64,000 nucleotides of DNA, from positions 32,001 to 96,000 of IMG/VR virus record IMGVR_UViG_3300032087_005453; one strand, given 5' to 3'. The stretch's first letter is position 1; every line of letters starts with the position of its first letter. The notes under the pieces were generated by a model. The model made no database searches, had not been told where the DNA came from, and was given only the letters and a program-made list of their open reading frames with translations. Made by a program: the position numbers and the translations under genes. This DNA is from a virus. Below are positions 54,301-63,537 of this stretch, in pieces.

Positions 54301-56213
54301 ACATTAACAACAAGATTGTCGCTAGCATCTACTTGAACAGCATATGTTCTACTTGCTGTTGACGTTACACTTTCGGGAGCAGTTGTTTGAGTTGTAGCAT
54401 TGACATTGGCATCAAATGTTGTACCGTTTAAAGTTATACCAGTTCCAGCAGTATATGTAGTATCCGTAACTGTCTCCGTTGCCGTAGCAATACCAGTGAC
54501 GTGACCATTAGAGTCCAAGATGATGTCCTGGATGTATGTTCTACCACTATTGTCTGAAGACGAGGCGGCGGAAATAACCGGGTGTGCTGTTAGATAGCCA
54601 GCATCATTCGATAAAAAGGAGACATTATCACCAGACTGAATAACAGTCTCGTCAATATTAAATTCAGTACCAGCGAGAGACAGTCCCGTCCCTGCGGTAT
54701 ATGTCGTATCTGTATTTACCACAGTTTCCGTGGCAACCGCTATTCCGGTAACGTGCCCGTTGCTGTCCAGAATAATGTCCTGGATATAAGTACGACCAGA
54801 ATTATCACTACTGCTAGCGGCAGAAATGACGGGGTGTACCGTTAAATACCCGGCATCATTGGCAAAATTACTTACATTATCACCAGAAACCTGAACTTCA
54901 CTACCATTTATCAGCAGTGTTTGATTTCCACTATCATACACAAAATTGCTAGTGGTTTGCATACCGCCAGCACTTGTGTCGGCAACGCTAGTAACAAAAG
55001 GAACCCCACTTACCGTAACAGCGGCTTCGGATTTCAGATCGCCGCCACCTAATTTTGTATTACCAACTTGTACTAAAACCATTCCATTATTTGGATGACT
55101 AATAATAACATGTCCAACTGTTACTTTGTAATTAGGTATTGTTGGAGCTGTTTCAGTAAAGGCACCGGATGTAGAAGCGTCAAGAAATATTTCAGCCCCT
55201 TCTGTTATGCCCGAAGTAGCTATACCTCTAACCAAACCATAGGTTGTAACATATCCAAAGGAATTATCTTCAATATCATGTGTAGCTAAACCAATTATTT
55301 GAGCATTTGCATTTGAATCAGCAATGGCTAAGCAGACAGTTGGTGCTTGACCTTGTGATCCATTGATTTTTACAACTTGACCGTTTGTAATGGTGCTACC
55401 AGTATTATTTCTTACTCTTAAAAATTCCTCTTGACCAAGTTGTAATGTTACGTCAGCTTCATCGTTGTATAAACTTAAAGTATGATTGTCTGAGTCATAA
55501 AACACAAGCCCTTCTGAATGTGCGGGCTGATCTCCATTGGCAATTAAAGTAAAATCTAATATATCAAAAATGCCAGTAGTAGCAGTAATATTTCCGCTAG
55601 TGGTGATAGAATTTGTTGTGTTAGATCCGCGATCTGTTACTGTTTGTAAAGTATCACTTTCTGATGTAAGATATCCGGCGTCATTATTTAATAAGCTTAT
55701 ATTATCGCCAGACTGTACAACTGGGTCCGTGACATTAAATTCAGCTCCATCTAGAACGAGACCTGTTCCAGCGGTATATGTTAAACCTCCAATAGCAGAC
55801 CCATTAAAGTAGAGAGATCCTCCTATGTTATACAAAGTATTAGAAGTTGAAGAAGGACTTCCAGTTGCCAGTATAACCCCAGAAGATCCAGCAACTACTT
55901 GATCATTTTCATCTTTATAGACAGACTTTTCTGATGGATATGCTATAAAGACATTGGAATTTCCAGATAAGCTGATCTTTGATCCGCCACTGCTACTGGA
56001 TAAAACTGTATCTCTTGATAGACTATCAGAGCCATATGTTCCAATACCAACTTCCCATCTTGGAGAGTTTTCTATTGTGTAAAATGTTTTTTGCCCGCTA
56101 GAAAGAACATTAGAAAATGCCTGAAAACCAGTTGCTGCACCGGCTAGCGTAACTGTTCCACTACCACTGGTTATACTGGTTTCTTTTACTCTGTTGTGTA
56201 AGAAAATCGTCAT
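51360..56213 (-). CDS. Long repeat-containing fibre protein (1617 aa)
   Basis: NRVKETS.T.G.GTVTLAGA..WEVGIGTY N-terminal anchor; YTAGTGL repeats; C-terminal LTQDGTGSRTVTW..IKWAGG.PTLT domain common in phage fibres. Confidence 0.85.
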   Translation of the reverse strand: MTIFLHNRVKETSITSGSGTVTLAGAATGFQAFSNVLSSGQKTFYTIENSPRWEVGIGTYGSDSLSRDTVLSSSSGGSKISLSGNSNVFIAYPSEKSVYKDENDQVVAGSSGVILATGSPSSTSNTLYNIGGSLYFNGSAIGGLTYTAGTGLVLDGAEFNVTDPVVQSGDNISLLNNDAGYLTSESDTLQTVTDRGSNTTNSITTSGNITATTGIFDILDFTLIANGDQPAHSEGLVFYDSDNHTLSLYNDEADVTLQLGQEEFLRVRNNTGSTITNGQVVKINGSQGQAPTVCLAIADSNANAQIIGLATHDIEDNSFGYVTTYGLVRGIATSGITEGAEIFLDASTSGAFTETAPTIPNYKVTVGHVIISHPNNGMVLVQVGNTKLGGGDLKSEAAVTVSGVPFVTSVADTSAGGMQTTSNFVYDSGNQTLLINGSEVQVSGDNVSNFANDAGYLTVHPVISAASSSDNSGRTYIQDIILDSNGHVTGIAVATETVVNTDTTYTAGTGLSLAGTEFNIDETVIQSGDNVSFLSNDAGYLTAHPVISAASSSDNSGRTYIQDIILDSNGHVTGIATATETVTDTTYTAGTGITLNGTTFDANVNATTQTTAPESVTSTASRTYAVQVDASDNLVVNVPWSGGGGGGGGDITAVNAGSGLSGGGVTGDVTLNALTATTAASGITILTNTINSDQDKALTPKAVNDAGYLTAHPVISAAGSSDNSGRTYIQDIILDSNGHVTGIATATETVTDTTYTAGTGLSLDGTEFNVDETVIQSGDNVSLLSNDSGYLTAHPTISAASSSDNSGRTYIQDIILDSNGHVTGIATATETVTDTTYTAGTGLLLDGTEFNVDNTVVQSGDNVSILTNDAGYLTAHPAISAASSSDNSGRTYIQDIILDSNGHVTGIATATETVVNTDTTYTAGTGLSLDGTEFNIDATVIQSGDNISLLNNDSGYLTAESDTLETVIGRGSVATSNFTTSGDIIVAGGFATESTSYGIISNINEGASTTYLYVTHANSSTGSNIGVSNTTGSQTVNLYLSNGAPEGGLQILGENVISKRDTGALKFNPSYQDMDFVFYPDAGSTNPIFFMDSVEEKSIFGGGNADLDGQLGVKILTATDAGITIKGAAAQSANLQEWQDATGSGLAHVDSEGNIYSSGYVQADRFYFGSSNDLSISDLPYLENTATNSNGVFEFNRCALMHMTHDSRYLDIYPKTGLIAAMQDGKIGFKSTSTKGAALNTYIYRAAADTLGVHDHLAVDGTITATGVTVNGDVSVSGSITVVSGVTIPSLTPASTTNTLYNVGGVLYFNGSGVNGGGGGGEANEFSFKTISVAGQSDVVADTTTDTLTFAAGSNVTITTNASTDTITIAATDTNTQLTEEQVEDFVGGMVTGNTETGISVTYQDGDGTLDFVVSDTTVAGDSGSTGITPGDTLTIAGGTNATTAMAGDTLTVNVDDAFLVNNADDTTTGTVTMANLIVGDAGNIGSASDTDAIAIASDGEVTMSQRSTFSKAIKTPIQSNTDGATVTFDLDEANTHTVVLGGNRTLALSNSDAGQKFIIRLTQDGTGSRTVTWFNTIKWAGGVTPTLTTTPNKTDVFGFICTSANNYDGFVVGYNL
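53330..54900 (-). repeat. Five copies of an ~80-aa fibre repeat
   Basis: SSDNSGRTYIQDIILDSNGHVTGIA occurs five times. Confidence 0.9.
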
Positions 56214-56257
56214 ATTTCATCCCGCATATTGTTTTTTGGGTTTTTTGGTCTTTAGTA

Positions 56258-56265
56258 TATACTCC
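56258..56265 (-). promoter_or_regulatory. Putative late-promoter motif GGAGTATA
   Basis: Between the capsid terminator and the fibre gene. Confidence 0.55.
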
Positions 56266-56283
56266 TTATGGAGACTTTCTTGT

Positions 56284-56323
56284 AAAAAAATAAAAAAGGG
56301 GAGTGGAAAATCCACCCCCCTCT
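56284..56323 (-). terminator. Intrinsic terminator after the major capsid gene
   Basis: GGGGGGTGG-ATTTT-CCACTCCCC followed by TTTTTTATTTTTTT. Confidence 0.85.
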
Positions 56324-56346
56324 CTACACTAGCTCTAATATAGTTC

Positions 56347-57357
56347 TTAGAAGCTACCCAGCAGAACACGACGATTATCCAGAACGCCAAATCCAACTTC
56401 AGCGAAACCGTACAGACCGGATCGTTGCTGACGATGAAGACCTGGATCTTCGAAAATAGTAACTTCTTGCTTGACTGGCATAACGAAGCTGTCGTTAGCA
56501 GACAGGTCAAGACCAACAACAAGTTCAACATCAGAACTTGGACCAAAAGTACCACTCAGGCTATCTGTGTAGTAAGTTTGGTATTCTTGACCTTCGCCCA
56601 GTTCATCAAGAGCATGGATATTAACACCAAATACTCTTGAAACAGCACCAGCACCATCACCAGCAACATAGATTTCTCTACGACTGGTTTCGTCAAGCTG
56701 ATCAATGCCCCAGTTTCTCATGTCTTCAACACCTTCTGGAGACATGTAAAGATCTGTAAGAGCACCACGCTTAACTGACGCACTGTTACCACCAGCATTA
56801 CGACGCATTACAACCTTCAGCAGGCTAACAAGACGCTTGGTGAATTGACCAGCAGCAGCATCGGCATCGTAAACAAGAATGTTACGGTCAACACCCGCAG
56901 CAAGCAGTGTGTGCCACCCATCATCATTCATCTTCTTAACGAAACCGGCTTCAAGAACCTGAGTCGCACGGGCTACAACATCCCAGCGAGCTTCACGAGC
57001 ATAACGAAGCAGCCAATCAATTGCGTTAGCAACTGTGTAGGTTGGAACCATCACATAGTCGCCCTCAACGGTACGCTCAGGAATACGACCGTGAGCAGGA
57101 GCAACATATGCGACGTGATCATTTTCCTCACCAGGAGAAAGAAGATCAAGTGGGAACTCAGTAGAGCTACCGGCTGGCATGGCAATTCTTTCATAAATGC
57201 TACCAGCAATATCTCCGACAAGAATACCTTCGCGGAGTGGAAGTTCGATGGCTTTGGCTAGTTCAGCCATAGCAGCACCTCTAATATTGCTATCATCAGA
57301 AGAAGTTCTGTGAAGCAATTCGATAAAATCTTCATCAGGTTTTGTTAAATATGACAT
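56347..57357 (-). CDS. Major capsid protein (HK97 fold likely)
   Basis: 336 aa, after the scaffold and decoration genes; strong AGGAG RBS; terminator downstream; C-terminal GLYGFAEVGFGVLDNRRV. Confidence 0.85.
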   Translation of the reverse strand: MSYLTKPDEDFIELLHRTSSDDSNIRGAAMAELAKAIELPLREGILVGDIAGSIYERIAMPAGSSTEFPLDLLSPGEENDHVAYVAPAHGRIPERTVEGDYVMVPTYTVANAIDWLLRYAREARWDVVARATQVLEAGFVKKMNDDGWHTLLAAGVDRNILVYDADAAAGQFTKRLVSLLKVVMRRNAGGNSASVKRGALTDLYMSPEGVEDMRNWGIDQLDETSRREIYVAGDGAGAVSRVFGVNIHALDELGEGQEYQTYYTDSLSGTFGPSSDVELVVGLDLSANDSFVMPVKQEVTIFEDPGLHRQQRSGLYGFAEVGFGVLDNRRVLLGSF

Positions 57358-57387
57358 ATTATAGTTCTCCTATTTTTCTAGTCTTGA

Positions 57388-57840
57388 TTAAGGAAGGTTA
57401 ATAGAAACTTTGGCGTAACCATCAGCATCCTTTGTAGAAAGGAAGCGACCAACGGCTGGAGCAGTACCATCTTGAGATCCAGAAATCTTACCAGAGTCTG
57501 CAAGATATGCAGTATCACCAGCAGATGGACTACCACTAATTTGGTCAGTTACAACAAAACCTTTAGATAGAATAGTAACTTTACTACCCTGCTGAACTTC
57601 ATCTTTGTGCCAGTTCAAGTGTTGACGAGTCTGATCGATATTAACAACATCGTTCAGAAGAACACCAAGAGCGACAGCACCAGAAGCTTCAGCGGCAACA
57701 GTGGCAACAGCAGAAGAGTTGTCCATCGCAGCACCAGAACCCTGAGTACTAACAGATACGACAACACCACGACTGGCTGTCTCATTCATAAAATAAGAAA
57801 TGTCAGTGTCTAATTCGTGACGATCACCTTTAAGAGCCAT
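57388..57840 (-). CDS. Capsid decoration / cement protein
   Basis: 150 aa directly upstream of the capsid gene; GVLLNDVV and VGRFLS..DADGYAKVSINLP. Confidence 0.7.
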   Translation of the reverse strand: MALKGDRHELDTDISYFMNETASRGVVVSVSTQGSGAAMDNSSAVATVAAEASGAVALGVLLNDVVNIDQTRQHLNWHKDEVQQGSKVTILSKGFVVTDQISGSPSAGDTAYLADSGKISGSQDGTAPAVGRFLSTKDADGYAKVSINLP

Positions 57841-57853
57841 TTTTCACCTCTAC

Positions 57854-59323
57854 TTATTTAAGATTTTTAGTTGACTTTAAAACAGACTTACGAAGCCATT
57901 GAGCCGCAGACGCAATAGCTGTATTCTCTACTTCTTCTTCAGGATTAGCCAAAGTAGCTTCGGAAACTTCCTCTACTTCATCTAGCTCAGAGGCATCAGC
58001 TTCTTCTTCTTCTTCTTCAACAACCTCTTCTTCTTTTTCTTGTGCTTTTGGGGCAGGAGCAGGAGCGGGAGCAGGAGCAGGCTTGTCTTTGTCTGCCATC
58101 AAAGCAACAACAGATTCGAACATTTCGTCAGAAGCTTCGGCGAAGTCAACAAGAATAGAATCGATTTCTTCAGCAGCTTTGCCTTTTTCTTTCAGCATAG
58201 CGGCACGTTTCATAGCTTTCATTTCTTTCATCATGGCAGAGTACTTTTCTTTCATGCCTTTTAGTTCTTCCTCTTTTTTCTCCATGTCGTGCTTAAAAGC
58301 TTCAGCTTCTTTTTGCATCTTTTCCTTGTCACCATGCATAGTCGCAGCAGAATCTTCCAATTCTTTGACTTTGACTTCAAGATCAGCTTTTTCGCTAAGA
58401 AGAGACTCATTAGCTGAAGTAAGTTCAGCAATCTGAGACTCGAAATTTTCTGTGATTTCAGATTTAGCCGCCTCAAACTCAGCAGTTAAATCTTCAATCT
58501 GCTTGGTATTATCACTCATTTCATGATTCTCCGTAGCAGTTAAAAAATTAACAAATTGTACAGATGCACTCGCATCAAAAGGATTGGTATCCTTGCTAAG
58601 AATAATACTTCTTGGATTAGCTGGCTTGGCGACTAAACCTTTTCCGGAGAAGTAAAAACCCTTAAGAAGTCTTCCAATTTTATAACCTTGGTATTTGCCT
58701 TCACCACCATACGCACGTAGATGTTTTGTCAAGAAAGATGATTCTTCCGTTCGGGCCAATACTCTATTTTCATCATCTGGTCCAAGAATCGCATAATCAA
58801 AATCGCTAAAAATGCATTCCATAGATACGGACCATTCGCCAGCATCTATTCCATCACAGAGTTCTTGAACTCTTTCTCGCATTTGCGGATCAGACCAGGT
58901 TTTGTATATAACAGCACTTGTGACGATATCAATTTTTTCTGGCAGTGTGTCTTTTTCTTTGATCACATTACCTTCTTGATCCATGACCATAGAGGCGGTC
59001 ATGTGGCCAATAATATCAGTATCATCATGCATATAATTGAACTGTTTGTTTACAGGAGTGTTTCGAGCATCCCATAATTGATCAACAGCAAAAACGTCAT
59101 CATTCTTATTCCATCCAGCAGATACTAACACAGAATTCAGATAAAAGAGATCTTTCTGCTTTTCTGCATCTACGCCAACAAATGCTAAAGACTTTTTGAT
59201 ATTTTCTTCGTCTATATTCAACGCAGGATCTAAATCGATAATCTCACAATCAAAAGCGATAGAATTATCGTTTTCGATTTTTTCTTTTAAATTGTCATTG
59301 ATTTCATATTCGTATATATGCAT
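57854..59323 (-). CDS. Prohead protease fused to an acidic coiled-coil scaffold
   Basis: WNKNDDVF, FNYMH...IIGH, VSMEC, GLVAKPANPRS; E/K-rich C-terminal half with a (PA)n linker. Confidence 0.8.
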   Translation of the reverse strand: MHIYEYEINDNLKEKIENDNSIAFDCEIIDLDPALNIDEENIKKSLAFVGVDAEKQKDLFYLNSVLVSAGWNKNDDVFAVDQLWDARNTPVNKQFNYMHDDTDIIGHMTASMVMDQEGNVIKEKDTLPEKIDIVTSAVIYKTWSDPQMRERVQELCDGIDAGEWSVSMECIFSDFDYAILGPDDENRVLARTEESSFLTKHLRAYGGEGKYQGYKIGRLLKGFYFSGKGLVAKPANPRSIILSKDTNPFDASASVQFVNFLTATENHEMSDNTKQIEDLTAEFEAAKSEITENFESQIAELTSANESLLSEKADLEVKVKELEDSAATMHGDKEKMQKEAEAFKHDMEKKEEELKGMKEKYSAMMKEMKAMKRAAMLKEKGKAAEEIDSILVDFAEASDEMFESVVALMADKDKPAPAPAPAPAPKAQEKEEEVVEEEEEEADASELDEVEEVSEATLANPEEEVENTAIASAAQWLRKSVLKSTKNLK

Positions 59324-59345
59324 TTTTCTACCTTTCTAACAGGTA

Positions 59346-59352
59346 CTACACC
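59346..59352 (-). promoter_or_regulatory. Late-motif variant TTATGGTGTAG
   Basis: Upstream of the protease gene; shares TTATGGTGTA with the portal site. Confidence 0.45.
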
Positions 59353-59370
59353 ATAAACTAATTATTTATG

Positions 59371-61443
59371 TTATTTTTCGTTCAAAAAATTTAAAGAATA
59401 TGATAGATTATTGATATGACGAAGTTCATCTATGTTTGGTTCACGACCAGACTGATCCATAAAGTCAGTAAAAATGCTGGCTTTTGTGGTCTTTTGGACT
59501 TCATTCGCCGTTGGATTTTCTTCCAAAACTTTTAGTATTTTTTCTTCGTTTATTTTTTCGTGTGGAGACAAATTACACAGAACTCTAAACTTAATATCCT
59601 CTAGTTCTCTTAACTGAGCCTTGCTTAACTCTCTTAAATTTTTCTTGCCGTAATGAGCAAGTAGACCCGGATTGAGTATGTTAGAGATCTTCTTCTGTGC
59701 TTCTTGTGACCAAATCATAACTGAAGCTTTAGGTGTGGTCTTCGGCAAAACCCGCCGTTGCTTTCTTGGCTCGCTATCTTTTGTGAAAAGAGGACGACCA
59801 CCTTGCGGATCTGGAGTTTGTTTAGTTTCTTCTTGCCGTTGAGGTTTTGGGGTTGTTTCCGGTTGGCTTACAACCTTTGTCTCAAGGTCAGTTACATCAT
59901 CAATTCCAATATCACCTTTTTGTAAAGCAATCTTCTTGTATTCAGTATCAACATTGCCATTATGAAATGGATCAGCCTTGTATTGAGGCATTTGACCTCT
60001 TTCTCTTTTACGAGCTTCTGTTTTAACTCTTGACTCTTCGATTTCGTTGAGTTCACCAAATCTATCTCTTAGTGTTTCAACAGAGATGATGTCTCTATCG
60101 GCAAGTTGAATAAGTAAGTTTTTCTCAGAAGCTTCATCAGACAGAATCATATTCTCAAAGTGCAAAGTAGCTGGAGAAGAAAACCCCATAGACTTTTGAA
60201 TATACTCGATTTCTTTCTTCCAGAACTGCTCAAGCAATGCACGCCCGTATTCCAGACGTTCAATCAAAGTCTTTAAAGAGATGAAGTTATTTGTAAATCC
60301 ACCACTTTGTCCAGCTAATCCAGTTAGAGTCGGAGGAATACCAAGTCCAGCATAAATACTATTTAGAACAGGCTGGTATTTTTCTGTACCCAAGAATTTG
60401 TAGATCTGAGTATTGCTTTCTTTAAAATCGATTTCCGGACCCCATACAAGATCCATCGTTCCACCACCAACATTACTAGCGAGAATATTTCTCAGCTTGT
60501 CAATCGCACCTTTGTTTGGTAGAATCTTATGTTCAAGATTACCTAATCTCCATAATCTAATATTGGAGATAGCACCATCAAGAGCTGACATATCGGCCAA
60601 TTTCATCTTTTCAAGCATAGTCACATCATCAATAATGGCATTGATCATCGGACTTGCCCAAATATTCCAGTCGTCTTTCTTGTAGTAGAAGATTTCCAGA
60701 GAGTCAGAATCCAGAACAACCTTATTATCTCCAGTCTTTAATGCTTGCTTAACAGAGGTGGGAAGATTCTTTGAAAACTTAGGGTTCTTCTTGAACGAAT
60801 CGCACAGGGTTTTAGCAAGACGCATTTTGTAGATCTTTTCTCCACTAAATGCACCAGCGTATCCACCTTCTACTTCAATAGATAAAGGATTGAGAAAATC
60901 ATACCTAAAAGGCAGAGTCTTCTTTGTAACAGGCATTTTCTTGATGTCCATCATATCCTGGGCTTTGGACATTTCCTGTTTTTGCTTCTTAGTGATCTTG
61001 CCGTATCTTTTGTATACGACTACGTTTCCGCAACGATAGAGCATATTGAGGAATCGCTCAGATCGCTCAACGCCGTTGATTTTCGCCCACCATCTACGAT
61101 AGAATCTTTGAATGCTTTTATTTTTGTGGTTGAGGCTAATACCTTGAGAAGCAAAGTCGCCCATCAAATCGATAATGTTCTTGATTATGCCAACTTTATC
61201 ATATGCCTTCATACACATAGAAATAGACTGCTTGAAGCTACTTGCTGGCTCCTCGTGCGGTCTAAATCTATAATAATCATCCTTGACAAAATCAGTTCTT
61301 ACTGATATATTAGGCTCAATATCTATGTACGAGCGACGACTAGCTGTGGCACTCATAATACCATCATAGCTGTCGATATTTTTAGCGGCTTTGTCTAAAT
61401 CTTCCGCAGTAGACCAATGAATGAAAGGAGATTTTTCTGACAT
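59371..61443 (-). CDS. Portal protein
   Basis: 690 aa between TerL and the protease; GIIKNIIDLMGDF, IYAGLGIPPTL. Confidence 0.8.
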   Translation of the reverse strand: MSEKSPFIHWSTAEDLDKAAKNIDSYDGIMSATASRRSYIDIEPNISVRTDFVKDDYYRFRPHEEPASSFKQSISMCMKAYDKVGIIKNIIDLMGDFASQGISLNHKNKSIQRFYRRWWAKINGVERSERFLNMLYRCGNVVVYKRYGKITKKQKQEMSKAQDMMDIKKMPVTKKTLPFRYDFLNPLSIEVEGGYAGAFSGEKIYKMRLAKTLCDSFKKNPKFSKNLPTSVKQALKTGDNKVVLDSDSLEIFYYKKDDWNIWASPMINAIIDDVTMLEKMKLADMSALDGAISNIRLWRLGNLEHKILPNKGAIDKLRNILASNVGGGTMDLVWGPEIDFKESNTQIYKFLGTEKYQPVLNSIYAGLGIPPTLTGLAGQSGGFTNNFISLKTLIERLEYGRALLEQFWKKEIEYIQKSMGFSSPATLHFENMILSDEASEKNLLIQLADRDIISVETLRDRFGELNEIEESRVKTEARKRERGQMPQYKADPFHNGNVDTEYKKIALQKGDIGIDDVTDLETKVVSQPETTPKPQRQEETKQTPDPQGGRPLFTKDSEPRKQRRVLPKTTPKASVMIWSQEAQKKISNILNPGLLAHYGKKNLRELSKAQLRELEDIKFRVLCNLSPHEKINEEKILKVLEENPTANEVQKTTKASIFTDFMDQSGREPNIDELRHINNLSYSLNFLNEK

Positions 61444-61496
61444 GGTTTTTCCTCAATTGGAATGTAATTGAATTGACAATCTAACTGTTACCAATC

Positions 61497-61504
61497 TATA
61501 CACC
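61497..61504 (-). promoter_or_regulatory. Putative late-promoter motif GGTGTATA
   Basis: Upstream of the portal gene. Confidence 0.55.
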
Positions 61505-61530
61505 ATAACAAGAGAAAAATAGTTTTTTAT

Positions 61531-63537
61531 TTAGTATAATCCATTCATAGCTTGAGTAAACCAGTTAGGACCACTAAATGTAGCGTCTTCTTTGTTTTTA
61601 CCACTTCCATATTGTGCTGCGAACCCACCATAAGAATTATAACCAGGAGTTTCTTCCGTCTTGAGATTTCTGGCCGCCATATTTGCCATTAAAAGGGATG
61701 AATAGCGGTCCTTTCTCATTCGAGATTTTTTACCAACCCCAATTTTAACTTCAGGAGTATCCCATCTTAATCTACCATTAGCACTTTCAGTAACTTCGAT
61801 TAGAGATAGTTCGTTTTTTAACTCTTCTATTTCCATAACACAATCTTCAAGTGTGTCATATAATCTATCGTTTGCTTTATCTTGCTCAATAGAAAGTCCG
61901 ATAGTAATGGGGTCAAACCTTGGGAATAAAAGGATCTTATCTTCAAAGTCTTTTCTCAAACCATGATTAGCGTCGGAGTACCAATCATATCTAGCGAATT
62001 GACACATCTCTAAAATGTGAAGACCTTGTTCGTCATCTGTTGGTTGTGATTTTTCTGGATTGATTATAGGCCAAATAGCGACTTCACCAGCTTGAATTTG
62101 GTTAGAATCATGTAGTGCTTCAGCAACAGCATATCCACCACCCTGAGCGTCCATAGCGATGTGTACTATATTAAACAATCCCATTAACTCCCGGATCTTA
62201 CGAGCACAATAGCTATAGAAGTTATTCTCCTTGGTCAAACCTTTCTTTACTCGCTCGGTATGGTCTTTTCTTGTTGTTGTCCAGCAATGAACAATCCTTC
62301 TGTGATCAGCATGAAGCTCAAGTACCACAATACTAAAATTATCCACCTCAGAAGCAGGGTCAATAGCCATGAGATACTTTTCATTCTTATTTCCCTTTAA
62401 AATAGGATCAAAATATACCTCCCCACTTGCTATCTTAACTGGTTTTAAATCAGTACCCACACAAGCTTCGATCAAGCTTCTTTTAAAAAACCCCTGACTA
62501 TCTTTAGTGAATACAGCCCCAAATTCCATTAGATAAATACCATTATGAACAGTTGCTTTGGATCTTGCAATTTGTCCTTCATCCATGAACCCTTTAGGAA
62601 CCATGTCCACCGGAATTCTAATTATGGAGTAATCATCCCATTTAAAAGATGGAGGTACATCCTCACCGTTGAAGACATTGTTCGATATAGCCTTTTTATC
62701 ACCTTTGGTCTCTATCGTCGTCTTCCATTTTTTCCAATATTCCGCGAAATGGTTAAAGTCATAATAGGCAGTACCCGATAGAATAATCTGGTTGGACCTG
62801 CCTTGCTCCATTGCATCTGTTTTGAATAGTTCAGACACATCCACACCTAATTCTTCCGCTTTTTTCTCGGCGGCTAGTCTACGAACATTATCAATAGGAG
62901 AAGATGAAACTGCTGCGAAACCTGCAATGACATTTTCAAAGATTTCTCTGGACATACTCGCAAATTCGTCTGCGATAATATCATTTGCTCGCTGTCCACG
63001 AATCTTTTGACCATCACCGATGGGGAGTGCAGAAATGGTACTTCCATTCAAGGTTAGTCTACACATATCCACATCGCGTCTAGGACCGCTACTGCTGTCG
63101 CACATGTCTCTTAAAATCGGAGCATTCTTCCAAATATTCTCCATATAATCATACAGATACTTCGACTGTCGGAATGCGGCACCAACGACGACTATCTTTC
63201 GATTAGGCATCAATATGGCTCGTAACATACAGTACAATGAAAGGATAAATGTTTTTCCTAAACCGCGAGATCCAACAAGCATCGGAAACTTCTTGTTCCA
63301 CATTTCTTTGAGAATAAGTGCCTGCATGGGCAACAAATCGACATTGAGAACGTGCTTACAAATAAACGAAAAATAATCCGGGTTGATAAACAAGCAAGTT
63401 AGTCGTTTATAAAACTCATCTGGGTCATCGGTCACAAGCCGCTCAAATGGATTGATAACATATCTATCGTCAACACTAATATTGAGCCAAGCATTATTTA
63501 GCTCTTGTATTAACTCTTTACTTAATTTGCCGCTCAT
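61531..63537 (-). CDS. terL: Terminase large subunit
   Basis: LLPMQ, Walker A GSRGLGKT, IRGQRA, Walker B IIADEF, nuclease AIDPAS and KDRYSS. Confidence 0.93.
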   Translation of the reverse strand: MSGKLSKELIQELNNAWLNISVDDRYVINPFERLVTDDPDEFYKRLTCLFINPDYFSFICKHVLNVDLLPMQALILKEMWNKKFPMLVGSRGLGKTFILSLYCMLRAILMPNRKIVVVGAAFRQSKYLYDYMENIWKNAPILRDMCDSSSGPRRDVDMCRLTLNGSTISALPIGDGQKIRGQRANDIIADEFASMSREIFENVIAGFAAVSSSPIDNVRRLAAEKKAEELGVDVSELFKTDAMEQGRSNQIILSGTAYYDFNHFAEYWKKWKTTIETKGDKKAISNNVFNGEDVPPSFKWDDYSIIRIPVDMVPKGFMDEGQIARSKATVHNGIYLMEFGAVFTKDSQGFFKRSLIEACVGTDLKPVKIASGEVYFDPILKGNKNEKYLMAIDPASEVDNFSIVVLELHADHRRIVHCWTTTRKDHTERVKKGLTKENNFYSYCARKIRELMGLFNIVHIAMDAQGGGYAVAEALHDSNQIQAGEVAIWPIINPEKSQPTDDEQGLHILEMCQFARYDWYSDANHGLRKDFEDKILLFPRFDPITIGLSIEQDKANDRLYDTLEDCVMEIEELKNELSLIEVTESANGRLRWDTPEVKIGVGKKSRMRKDRYSSLLMANMAARNLKTEETPGYNSYGGFAAQYGSGKNKEDATFSGPNWFTQAMNGLY

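Noticed and set aside
45961-54900. CRISPR array or DGR template/variable repeats
   Set aside because: The repeats are in-frame coding repeats with mostly synonymous differences. There are no unique spacers, no evident adenine-specific variation and no reverse transcriptase in the window.
56217-56555. 112-aa minus-strand ORF overlapping the capsid gene 3' end
   Set aside because: Out of frame with the capsid gene and runs through its terminator.
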